DNA from: an uncultured Methylococcaceae bacterium
GTDB taxonomy: Bacteria; Pseudomonadota; Gammaproteobacteria; Methylococcales; Methylomonadaceae
DNA length: 32,000 nucleotides
Assembly (NCBI GenBank): GCA_903945605.1
Contig: CAJAWH010000093.1
Coordinates: 7,186 to 39,185 of the forward strand
Direction of reading: 5' to 3'
The translations under genes were made by a program, and so were the position numbers. A model generated the notes under the pieces. The model was given only the letters and a program-made list of their open reading frames with translations. It ran no database searches and was not told the origin of the DNA. Positions 18,564 through 27,913 of the stretch are shown piece after piece; the first letter of the stretch is position 1, and each line of letters starts with the position of its first letter.

Positions 18564-18645
18564 CCCCGTCATCAACACAATGGCGGGTGTCCCCCACAGT
18601 AATGCGGGGGTTTTGTGAAGCCCCGTCATCAGCACAATGGCGGGG
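18564..18645. repeat. Duplicated hairpin-forming unit ccccgtcatcaRcacaatggcggg(g)
   Basis: Copies at 18564..18587 and 18621..18645, each able to pair ccccgtcat with atggcggg. Confidence 0.7.
18591..18614 (+). terminator. Rho-independent terminator-like hairpin
   Basis: cccccacagtaatgcgggggtttt. Confidence 0.5.
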
Positions 18646-18706
18646 CAACCAACCCAAGCCATAGGATTTTGGCTTTTTAAGCAATAAGTTGAAAGGATTC
18701 AACATC

Positions 18707-20968
18707 ATGGCATACCCCGAAAACATACCCCAAATTTTAAAGGACGCACCACATTGGTGCTGTTACAAGCTAGAAGCCGACCCCGATGGCGGCAAGCCCC
18801 GCAAAATACCCTACAACCCGATAACCCGCCATAAAGCCAAGGTCAACGACCCCGACACGTTTTGCAGCTTTGAGTCTGCGATTGCTGGCTTAGGTGCAGG
18901 GTATGACGGCCTAAACTACGCGTTTGGTTACGACGATCTGATAGGTGTTGATATTGACAAGTGCCGCGACCCTGATACCGGACAATTGACACACGAAGCA
19001 CAGGTTATTGTGGCGGCGTTCGCTGGCACATACCAAGAAATCAGCCCCAGCGGCACAGGGCTGAGAATTGTCACACACGGGACGCTACCCCATTTTGGCA
19101 AGGGGCGTGGGGAGTTCCACCACTTTGAAATTTATGGCAGAGGCCCTAAGGGACTGCACTTCCTAAGCATCACGGGCAATACTCTTCACAACGAGGTGCT
19201 GCGCGGCAACACACTAAAAACCTGCCAGACCGGCCTAGATTGGTTTTTTCGCCAATACATACAACAGCATCAGCGCCCACCCGAACCCCAACCCAAGTGG
19301 GAACAATCCCCAGAATTGACCGATGCTGAAGTTCTTGAAAAATGTCGTAGGTCTAAACGCGGCCCTGAATTTTCAAAACTCTTTGACGATGGCAGCTTGA
19401 CGGGTGACCACTCAACCGATGATCTAACGCTTTGTTCTATAGTAGCTTTTTACACACAAGACCCTGACCAGATAGACGGCTTGTTGCGGGCTTCAAAACT
19501 GTACCGCACCAAGTGGGAACGGCCGGATTACCGAGAAGCCACCATCAGCAAAGCCTTGGCAGGATTAATGAGTGCGTGGCAACCCAGAGGTACAGCAGAG
19601 GAGGCGGAAACGGCACAGCCTGGACAAACCTACGGGGTTACTGAGAAGGAGGCTGCTAGACGCTTTCTGGAGTCACCGGCTGCGGCAAAGTTCCGGACCC
19701 TGAGACAGAGCCGTGCCGCTAGAGTCATGCGGTACAGGGCTGGTATTTGGGTCGAGGATTATCACCAGCACAGCTTGATGAAGGAGGTCGGGGCGTTGGC
19801 TAAAGTGATTCTTGCCGAAATGGCCGAAGAGCCAGCACCGGCACGGCGCGATGCTTTGTATGGCCTAACCAAAAAGTTGGAGACCCAGCGAGGTTTGCGA
19901 GACATAACTACCTTTGTGGTGCAAGGTTTGCCTGAGTTTAAACCTGAAAAATCAGATAGTTATAATGACTTGCTATGTGTCCGCAATGGCGTTATCAACT
20001 TAGGCGGCGGTGGCGAAATTTTGCCACACAGTCCAGCCCACCAATTTACCCGCAAGGCGGATATTGCCTTTGACGCACAGGCCGCCTGCCCCATGTGGTT
20101 GAAATTCATGGATGATTTTTGTGTAGGCGACCAAGAACTTGTCAAGTTCCTGCAAGTTTGGTTTGGCTATTGTTTAACGGGGTACACTTCAGAACACAAA
20201 GCGTTAGTGTTGTTCGGTGGCGGGTCCAACGGAAAATCCGTGCTATTGGCGGTGATATCCCATGTATTGGGTGCGTTTGCGGCCGTGACCCCAGCCGATA
20301 CTCTGCTACAACGAAAGTCCGAACAATCCAACGATATCGCGGCCTTGGACGGCATACGGCTGGCCGTGGCCACTGAGACCGAGGAAGGCCAGGCCCTTGC
20401 TGAAGGACGCTTAAAGGCGATTACGGGTGGTGACCGCGTAGTGTGCCGCGAACTTTATGAAAACTTCAAGACCTTTACACCAAAATTCAAACTGGTGTTG
20501 GCAACGAACTGCAAGCCCAGGGTGTCCGGCACAGATAATGGAATTTGGCGGCGGTTATTGTTAGTACCATGCCGGGCGAATGTGATGAATCCTGACAAGA
20601 ACCTGACCGAGAAGCTTAAAGCGGAAAGCTCAGGGATATTGAATTGGGCGGTTGAAGGTTGCCGTATCTGGAAACGTGACGGCTTGGTGATACCTTCAGC
20701 GGTGGCGGCGGCGACGGAAGAATACCGTACCGAAAATGACACAATCGGACGCTTCTTGGATGAAATATGCAACCCGTACACGGGTGGCCTGAAGGCACGG
20801 GAAATTTACCAAGCGTATCAAAAGTGGGCCACTGAAGAGGGTATGCACCCACTGTCTAACCCAAAATTCGGGCAAAAAATGGCAGATAAAGGCTTTCCAT
20901 CGAAACGCGACAAGACTGGCAACACGTACCCGCCCACCTTATCACGGCCCAGACCCCAAAAGACGTAA
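18707..20968 (+). CDS. PrimPol-like primase / D5-type SF3 helicase (replication protein)
   Basis: N-terminal HWCCYKLEADPDGGKPRKIPYNP...GVDIDKC...EISPSGTGLRI (primase-polymerase-like); C-terminal VLFGGGSNGKSVLL Walker A and LVLATNCKPRVSGTDNGIWRRLLLVPC; ATG at 18707 preceded by aaagga. Confidence 0.9.
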   Translation: MAYPENIPQILKDAPHWCCYKLEADPDGGKPRKIPYNPITRHKAKVNDPDTFCSFESAIAGLGAGYDGLNYAFGYDDLIGVDIDKCRDPDTGQLTHEAQVIVAAFAGTYQEISPSGTGLRIVTHGTLPHFGKGRGEFHHFEIYGRGPKGLHFLSITGNTLHNEVLRGNTLKTCQTGLDWFFRQYIQQHQRPPEPQPKWEQSPELTDAEVLEKCRRSKRGPEFSKLFDDGSLTGDHSTDDLTLCSIVAFYTQDPDQIDGLLRASKLYRTKWERPDYREATISKALAGLMSAWQPRGTAEEAETAQPGQTYGVTEKEAARRFLESPAAAKFRTLRQSRAARVMRYRAGIWVEDYHQHSLMKEVGALAKVILAEMAEEPAPARRDALYGLTKKLETQRGLRDITTFVVQGLPEFKPEKSDSYNDLLCVRNGVINLGGGGEILPHSPAHQFTRKADIAFDAQAACPMWLKFMDDFCVGDQELVKFLQVWFGYCLTGYTSEHKALVLFGGGSNGKSVLLAVISHVLGAFAAVTPADTLLQRKSEQSNDIAALDGIRLAVATETEEGQALAEGRLKAITGGDRVVCRELYENFKTFTPKFKLVLATNCKPRVSGTDNGIWRRLLLVPCRANVMNPDKNLTEKLKAESSGILNWAVEGCRIWKRDGLVIPSAVAAATEEYRTENDTIGRFLDEICNPYTGGLKAREIYQAYQKWATEEGMHPLSNPKFGQKMADKGFPSKRDKTGNTYPPTLSRPRPQKT

Positions 20969-20972
20969 CAAC

Positions 20973-21128
20973 GGTGTAGTAGGCACAAAAAAATTTCAAT
21001 TAAAAATCAACAATATAACAACACGGGTGTATAAGGTGTAGTAGCTGTGCATTACTAATGGTTTACAAAGGTTTTCTATAGGGGATTTTACCAAAAACCA
21101 CTACACCTTATACACCTTATACACCTAT
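20973..21128. repeat. Iteron-like cluster (tacacctta and inverted ggtgta copies)
   Basis: Three tandem 9-mers tacacctta/tacacctta/tacacctat at 21102..21128; inverted copies in ggtgtataaggtgtagtag 21026..21044 and ggtgtagtag 20973..20982. Confidence 0.75.
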
Positions 21129-21149
21129 AAATCATAAGGGAATTACATT

Positions 21150-21512
21150 ATGTCAACTGGGGACAACTTAAACCCACGGCAACGGCGGCTTTTAGCGAGG
21201 CTAGCGGCAGGACATAAACTGACTGAAGCGGCGGCCGATGCAAATTATAGTTTGCACCATGCGTGCAGATTGCAGCATTCTGACAGAGGCCAAGCAGAAA
21301 TAGCCCGCCTGACCCTACAGGCTCAAGAAGTGTTGGCGGCAGCATTGCCTAAGCTGGTGGCCGACGCATTGCTGGTGCTGCAAGCCGAGCTGGAACACCC
21401 TATTGCTGATAGGCGGCTAAGCGCCGCACAATTTGTTTTGAAGAATTTGGCCGCTCCACTGGTGGCGGCCAATGCCAAAAAGGCCAAAGACGAAGAAAAA
21501 ATCGTAAATTAA
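21150..21512 (+). CDS. Small HTH protein, possible TerS (terminase small subunit)-like
   Basis: 120 aa; MSTGDNLNPRQRRLLARLAAGHKLTEAAADANYSLHHACRLQHSDRGQAEIARL HTH-like N-terminus followed by helical part. Confidence 0.5.
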   Translation: MSTGDNLNPRQRRLLARLAAGHKLTEAAADANYSLHHACRLQHSDRGQAEIARLTLQAQEVLAAALPKLVADALLVLQAELEHPIADRRLSAAQFVLKNLAAPLVAANAKKAKDEEKIVN

Positions 21513-21553
21513 CACCGCCAAGGTTCGGCGAAATTATGACCAAGGAAGTCACT

Positions 21554-21931
21554 ATGCAAAAATTACACAAGTTCGACCCCACTTACTACCACCCTGAGCT
21601 GCACCAGATACCGGCAATTACCGCGACACAGGCGGCGGCGAGGCTGCACCACCTAGCCGCATTATTCCCTGAAATTGCAGGCATGACTGCACACAATGCA
21701 AAATTGTGGTTGAGGGGTAGGTTCACGCCGCCCTACCCCACAGATGAGCGTATAGGCGCGCTGAGTACCCGCCTTGCAGCGGCGGGAATGATGTGCTTTA
21801 GGTCTCAAGCGCGGCTGGAGTGTCGCAAATATGGTATCAACCCCAATTCACCGCTTAGCCGGTTTGCAGCGGAGTTTCCCGCAAATGTGGCGGATGATGA
21901 CTGCTTCATCCTACCTAGGAGGCACTGCTAA
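21554..21931 (+). CDS. Hypothetical protein
   Basis: ~125 aa ORF, MQKLHKFDPTYYHPELHQIPAITATQAAARLHHLAALF; same strand, followed by a terminator-like hairpin. Confidence 0.6.
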   Translation: MQKLHKFDPTYYHPELHQIPAITATQAAARLHHLAALFPEIAGMTAHNAKLWLRGRFTPPYPTDERIGALSTRLAAAGMMCFRSQARLECRKYGINPNSPLSRFAAEFPANVADDDCFILPRRHC

Positions 21932-21963
21932 CATTGTGGTTTTGAGGCTGTAAAAATTTGCGT

Positions 21964-21992
21964 AAAGGGGCTGTGAAGCCCCTTTATTTTTG
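21964..21992 (+). terminator. Rho-independent terminator
   Basis: aaaggggctgtgaagcccctttatttttg: 9-bp stem, T-rich tail. Confidence 0.8.
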
Positions 21993-22042
21993 GGCTGCAA
22001 TTGGGAGGGGTGGGGTCATGTTCGGCACACTGGCACGGTGTA

Positions 22043-22063
22043 TGCTATGCCCACGGCATAGCA
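22043..22063. repeat. Perfect inverted repeat
   Basis: tgctatgcc-cac-ggcatagca, 9-bp arms, 3-nt spacer. Confidence 0.85.
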
Positions 22064-22079
22064 GGCTGGCACACACTTT

Positions 22080-22323
22080 AAGCAATAAACATGCCAAGTA
22101 ATACAATGAACGCCACAACTTAGCAAGACCCGTGCCAGTTTGCACAGTGGGGCTAAATCCTAGCAAAGGTCATGCCAACCATCAGCGTATGCCTGAAGCC
22201 TTAGCAATGACCATGCCAAGCCGTTCAGTAAAGCCCAACACCTAGCAAGGCCTATGCCAATCGGCACAGGGAAGCCTAAGCACAGCAAGACCTATGCCAA
22301 GCCACAAGGCGGCCGTGAACAGC
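22080..22323. repeat. Six-unit degenerate tandem array, 40-41 bp period
   Basis: 18-mer core ~TAGCAAGRCCYATGCCAA starts at 22080, 22121, 22161, 22202, 22243, 22283. Confidence 0.88.
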
Positions 22324-22458
22324 CACCCGCATAGACAGAAGCCCGTGGCAACCTGTCATGGGCGGCGTTATGTGTGGGCAGGTTAAGCCAGTGAAGCGGC
22401 GGGCGACAAGGCCAAAAAGGCGGCAATCAACCGCCAAAGTGTACCCGCTAGTGTACCC

Positions 22459-22560
22459 GAAACGCCATTTTTAAGATTTTCGCCAAAGAGCCAATTCATA
22501 ACCCCTTGAAAAAGTTGGTCGGGACGACAGGATTTGAACCTGCGACCACTTGTCCCCCAG
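22459..22560. repeat. Right attachment-site direct repeat
   Basis: 102 bp matching 16647..16748; ends at the tRNA-Pro anticodon loop. Confidence 0.92.
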
Positions 22561-22592
22561 ACAAGTACGCTACCAAGCTGCGCTACGCCCCG
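22516..22592 (-). tRNA. tRNA-Pro (anticodon GGG)
   Basis: CGGGGCGTAGCGCAGCTTGGTAGCGTACTTGTCTGGGGGACAAGTGGTCGCAGGTTCAAATCCTGTCGTCCCGACCA folds as cloverleaf, CCA encoded. Confidence 0.95.
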
Positions 22593-22727
22593 ATAATAGA
22601 TGGTGGCTTGGTAAGATTTACCAGCCTAAGATGTTAAACGGTTAATTATACAACAGTTGAATTGTAATCGGGTTAAATATTTAAAGCCGTTCCTTGGCTT
22701 TGTTGCTGTTCCCTTAGTGAAGTTTTG

Positions 22728-23027
22728 TTATTGCTCTGCACCGGAATAGTTTTCTACCCGAGCCTTGAGTTTTTGGCCTGAGCGGAAAGTGACGACGCGT
22801 CTGGCTGTAATAGGGATTTCTTCGCCTGTTTTTGGGTTCCTTCCTGGGCGGCTGTTTTTGTCGCGCAGCTCAAACTTGCCAAAACCGGATATTTTGACCT
22901 GTTCACCCTGTTCCAAACAGCTTTTTATTTCCTCAAAGAACAACTCTACAACTTCTTTGGCTTCCCGTTTGTTCAGGCCCAGTTCTTCAAATAAGGTTTC
23001 AGCGAAATCCGCTTTGGTTAATGCCAT
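22728..23027 (-). CDS. ihfA: Integration host factor subunit alpha
   Basis: 99 aa, [59 protein letters not shown]; directly downstream of pheT. Confidence 0.96.
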   Translation of the reverse strand: MALTKADFAETLFEELGLNKREAKEVVELFFEEIKSCLEQGEQVKISGFGKFELRDKNSRPGRNPKTGEEIPITARRVVTFRSGQKLKARVENYSGAEQ

Positions 23028-23030
23028 GGT

Positions 23031-25406
23031 TTAATCCCTCAGTTTTGCATTAATGGTAATGGTCAGTTTTGCTAAGATTCTGCTTAGTATAGCCTCAACT
23101 TCAGAATCGGTGAGCGTTTGCGTGTCGTCTTGTAAATTTAGGCTTAGCGCGATGCTTTTGCAGCCCTCTTCAACCCCTTTGCCGCGATAAATATCAAACA
23201 GGGTGATCCCTTTCAAGGTGGCTTCATGGCTGCTTTTTATACAGTCGATGATGTCATCGGCGGTGACGTTTTCGGCAACAATCAAGGCCCAATCACGGTT
23301 GACCGCCGGATATTTGGAGAGTGCTTTAAATGCCGGTATGCTTTTGTCCAACAACAGGTTTTGGTCAAGTTCGTACAAGTAAACCTGACAGTCAAAGCCT
23401 AGTTGGTTTTCCAATAACGGGTGCAACATGCCCAGCCAACCAATGCGCTGACCGGAGGCGGACAAGATTTCCGCACTTTGCCCGGGATGTAAGGCAGATA
23501 ACGTGGCGGGGACAAAGCTGGGGGTTTGTCCGGTAAGTTTGAACAGGGCTTCGATGTCGGCCTTAATGTCAAAAAAATCAACTTTACGGCTAGCCTCACC
23601 CCATTGCCCTGGGTAGGCGCTGCCCAAAGCTAAGCCAGCGAGCATTTTTTGTTGTTGCAATTGCCCGTTTTCTTTGACAAAGCGCAAGCCGGTTTCAAAC
23701 AGGCGCACACGGGTTTGTTGGCGGTTGGTGTTGTGCAATGCCGCTTTTAACAGGCCACACCATAAAGTAGTTCGCATAACCGCCAATTCTGATGAAATGG
23801 GATTTTTTAGGCGCACAACCTCATCATTGGGGGCAATGGCTTGTTGGATGTCTTCGTCAACAAAGCTGTAGGTGATGGCTTCTTGATAGCCCCTATCAAC
23901 CAGCAAATCCTTAACCCGCTCCAGATCGGCAACCGTTTCGGTGGCCAAACCCAGCGGGGCGTGTAACAGCAGACGGCTGTTAGGCAGGTTATTGTAACCG
24001 TGGATGCGGGCAATTTCTTCGACCAGATCGGCTTCGATGCTGATGTCAAAACGAAAACCGGGCGGTGTGACTTGCCAGCCGTCAGCTTGCGGTTCAAGCA
24101 CCATGCCCAGCCGTTGCAAAATACCGGAGATGATCGGGTCGTCAAAAGTCACACCCAATAGCTTGCTGATGCGTTGTTTTCTTAAATGGATGGCGGGGCG
24201 TTGCGGCAAGTGTTCAGCTGAGGTGTGGCTGCTAAGCGGACCGGCTGCGCCGCCCGTTATATCCAAGATCAGTTGGGTGGCCCGTTCAATGGCGCGTTCT
24301 TGCAAAGTGGCATCCACGCCGCGTTCAAAGCGGTGTGATGAGTCGGTATGCAAGCCATAGCGGCGGGCTTTGCCAGCAATGTTGCGCGGCGTGAAAAAGG
24401 CACATTCCAAAAATACGTTGCGGGTGCTGTCCGATACTGCGGATGCACTGCCGCCCATTACGCCAGCAAAGGCCAAGGCTTGTTGGTCGTCGGCGATAAC
24501 CAAGGTGTCAGGGTCTAATTGGATGGTTTGCCCGTTCAATAAGGCCAGCGGTTCAGCGGCATGGGCATAGCGCACGGTGATGCCGCCTTTGAGCTGGTCG
24601 GCATCAAATGCGTGTAACGGTTGGCCCAGCTCCATCAGTACATAGTTGGTCACATCGACAATCGGCCCTAAGCTACGGATGCCGGAACGGCGCAGACGTT
24701 CTTTCATCCATGACGGCGTTTCGGCAAGAACATTGACGTTGTTGATCAGGCGACCCAAATAACGCGGACATGCGGCAGGTTCGGTTACATTTACCACAAG
24801 GGTTTCGTTATGGCTGACCGGAGGTGTTGCTATTGCCTGTGCCGTCCAAGGCAGTTGGTTCAGCACCGCCACTTCGCGGGCTATTCCTTCCACGCTTAAA
24901 CAGTCGGCGCGGTTGGGGGTCAGGTCAACTTCGATCAGTGAATCGTTTAAGGCAAGATAATCACGGATGTCCACACCAACCGGTGCGTCGTCGGGCAATT
25001 CCATTAGCCCATTGGCTTCGGTAGCCAAGCCCAACTCTTTTTCGGAACAGAGCATCCCTAACGATTCCACGCCGCGCAATTTGGATTTTTTGATGTTGAA
25101 ATCGCCGGGCAATTTGGCACCCACCAAGGCGGCAGGTATTTTTAGGCCAACACGGACATTGCTGGCCCCACAAACAATTTGTAGCGCTTCGGCAGCGCCC
25201 ACCGCCACTTGGCAAACGCGCAGGCGGTCGGCATCGGGGTGCTGTTCCAGTGCCAACACTTGCCCGACCACCACGCCGCTAAAAAGGGCGGCGGCAGGTT
25301 CGACCGAATCGACTTCCAAACCTGCCATGGTCAGTTGGGCCACCAATTGTTCGGTGTCGATGGGAGGGTTAACGGATTCCCGTAGCCAAGCTTCGCTAAT
25401 TTGCAT
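23031..25406 (-). CDS. pheT: Phenylalanyl-tRNA synthetase beta subunit
   Basis: 791 aa; MQISEAWLRESVNPPIDTEQLVAQLTMAGLEVDSVEPAA and following domains. Confidence 0.97.
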   Translation of the reverse strand: MQISEAWLRESVNPPIDTEQLVAQLTMAGLEVDSVEPAAALFSGVVVGQVLALEQHPDADRLRVCQVAVGAAEALQIVCGASNVRVGLKIPAALVGAKLPGDFNIKKSKLRGVESLGMLCSEKELGLATEANGLMELPDDAPVGVDIRDYLALNDSLIEVDLTPNRADCLSVEGIAREVAVLNQLPWTAQAIATPPVSHNETLVVNVTEPAACPRYLGRLINNVNVLAETPSWMKERLRRSGIRSLGPIVDVTNYVLMELGQPLHAFDADQLKGGITVRYAHAAEPLALLNGQTIQLDPDTLVIADDQQALAFAGVMGGSASAVSDSTRNVFLECAFFTPRNIAGKARRYGLHTDSSHRFERGVDATLQERAIERATQLILDITGGAAGPLSSHTSAEHLPQRPAIHLRKQRISKLLGVTFDDPIISGILQRLGMVLEPQADGWQVTPPGFRFDISIEADLVEEIARIHGYNNLPNSRLLLHAPLGLATETVADLERVKDLLVDRGYQEAITYSFVDEDIQQAIAPNDEVVRLKNPISSELAVMRTTLWCGLLKAALHNTNRQQTRVRLFETGLRFVKENGQLQQQKMLAGLALGSAYPGQWGEASRKVDFFDIKADIEALFKLTGQTPSFVPATLSALHPGQSAEILSASGQRIGWLGMLHPLLENQLGFDCQVYLYELDQNLLLDKSIPAFKALSKYPAVNRDWALIVAENVTADDIIDCIKSSHEATLKGITLFDIYRGKGVEEGCKSIALSLNLQDDTQTLTDSEVEAILSRILAKLTITINAKLRD

Positions 25407-25422
25407 GTTCCAATTTTCCGGC

Positions 25423-26454
<1,032 letters not shown>

Positions 26455-26489
26455 TTAAGTTTAAATTGGAAAGGGCGGTGGTTAGGCTA

Positions 26490-26616
26490 CTTGCCTAGCA
26501 AAAATTTGCATTTGCAGTAAGTGCCAACAGTAAGACTAGGCAAATGATCCGGGCATACTTTTATGCTGCCGACAGGGAGCTTTTGCCTAGTCTTGCTGGG
26601 CTGTTAGCCCAGCAAG
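26490..26616 (-). promoter_or_regulatory. Structured rplT-pheS intergenic region, candidate attenuator/leader
   Basis: 11-bp stem cttgctgggct/agcccagcaag (26592..26616), 13-bp inverted repeat 26532..26544 / 26582..26594, and a third complementary segment at 26490..26499. Confidence 0.45.
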
Positions 26617-26661
26617 ATGAAAACCACCGGTCTTAGGGCCGATGATTCTTTATAGTGCGTA

Positions 26662-27027
26662 TTATTGCAATGGGCTTTGGTTAGCTTTGGCAATCTCGGC
26701 GATTTTACCAAATGCTTCAATATCACGCACGGCAATATCGGCCAACACCTTACGGTCAATGGCCACATTGGCGTTACTTAAGCCATTGATCAAACGGCTG
26801 TAAGAAATGCCAAATTGACGGGCTGCCGCATTGATACGGACAATCCATAAGGCACGGAATTGGCGTTTTCTTTGTTTGCGGTCGCGGTACGCATACTGAC
26901 CGGCTTTGATGACGGCTTGTTTGGCAACGCGATAAACGCGGCTACGCGCCCCATAATAGCCTTTGGCTTGTTTTAATATTTTTTTGTGCCGCGCCCTAGC
27001 GGTGACACCACGTTTTACTCTAGGCAT
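26662..27027 (-). CDS. rplT: 50S ribosomal protein L20
   Basis: [37 protein letters not shown]. Confidence 0.98.
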   Translation of the reverse strand: MPRVKRGVTARARHKKILKQAKGYYGARSRVYRVAKQAVIKAGQYAYRDRKQRKRQFRALWIVRINAAARQFGISYSRLINGLSNANVAIDRKVLADIAVRDIEAFGKIAEIAKANQSPLQ

Positions 27028-27040
27028 GATTGCTCCCTAA

Positions 27041-27238
27041 TCAACTGTAAGGCATCATGCGTAAGGCCATACGCACGTCAGATGGATGAATCGACATTGG
27101 CTTGCGCAGCTGTCTTTTTCTTTTGGTGGATTTCTTGGTCAAAATATGACGCTTGAATGAGTGTCCACACTTAAAACCGCCGTTGCCAGTGCGTCTGAAA
27201 CGCTTGGCAGCACCACGGTTGGTCTTTATTTTAGGCAT
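27041..27238 (-). CDS. rpmI: 50S ribosomal protein L35
   Basis: [45 protein letters not shown]; ORF-track start trimmed to ATG 27238. Confidence 0.97.
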   Translation of the reverse strand: MPKIKTNRGAAKRFRRTGNGGFKCGHSFKRHILTKKSTKRKRQLRKPMSIHPSDVRMALRMMPYS

Positions 27239-27385
27239 TTGTTTGCTCCAACGAATAATAAAAAAATCCCTGAGAAAAACCTGGCAAGGCAAAATGCATG
27301 GCCTTGAAAGATTAGCGGCACGGTGGTTTTGCCAGCGTGCTACAGCCACATCCTGTGCTGTGCGTTTAAAGGCGGCTTGCCGCCT

Positions 27386-27910
27386 TTATTTTTTCTTTTT
27401 GGGGGCCATGACCATGACCATTTGCCGCCCTTCCAATTTGGGGAATTGCTCAACAATGGCAATTTCTTCCAAATCTTTTTCGATACGTTTTAGCTGATCC
27501 ATGCCCAAGTCCTTATGGGCCATTTCCCGACCACGATAGCGCACGGTGATTTTGGTTTTGTCACCGTCATTAAGGAATTTGATAAGGCTTCTGAGCTTGA
27601 CCTGATAATCGCCTTCGTCGGTGCCCGGTCTGAACTTGATTTCCTTGACTTGGATTTGCTTCTGTTTCTTTTTGGCAATTTGCAGTTTCTTGTTCAATTC
27701 AAACTGGTATTTGCCATAATTCATCACCCGACAAACCGGAGGGTCTGCATTGGGCGATATTTCCACTAAATCCAAATCGGCAGCATAGGCAATTTGCTTG
27801 GCTTCGTCCAACGACATAATGCCTAATGATTCCCCTTCTGCGCCTGTTACCCTCACCCGTCTTGCCGTGATGGTGTCGTTCAGACGAACTTCATCTTTTT
27901 TTGCAGCGAT
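27386..27910 (-). CDS. infC: Translation initiation factor IF-3, probable ATC start
   Basis: Frame extends 5' of the GTG at 27856 as [32 protein letters not shown]; SD-like ggagg upstream; TGA of thrS is 3 nt before the ATC. Confidence 0.9.
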   Translation of the reverse strand: MAAKKDEVRLNDTITARRVRVTGAEGESLGIMSLDEAKQIAYAADLDLVEISPNADPPVCRVMNYGKYQFELNKKLQIAKKKQKQIQVKEIKFRPGTDEGDYQVKLRSLIKFLNDGDKTKITVRYRGREMAHKDLGMDQLKRIEKDLEEIAIVEQFPKLEGRQMVMVMAPKKKK

Positions 27911-27913
27911 ATC

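Larger units (their letters stand above)
16749..22560. mobile_element. Satellite/PICI-like integrative element at tRNA-Pro
   Basis: int, alpA, PrimPol/helicase and TerS-like genes between 102-bp direct repeats with tRNA 3' half. Confidence 0.85.

Noticed and set aside
22080-22323. CRISPR array
   Set aside because: The recurrent core is only ~18 bp and degenerate between units, linkers are partly similar rather than unique, and no cas genes are present; better described as an iteron-like tandem array.
27239-27349. N-terminal extension of L35
   Set aside because: [13 protein letters not shown] is the conserved start; the extension is intergenic sequence.
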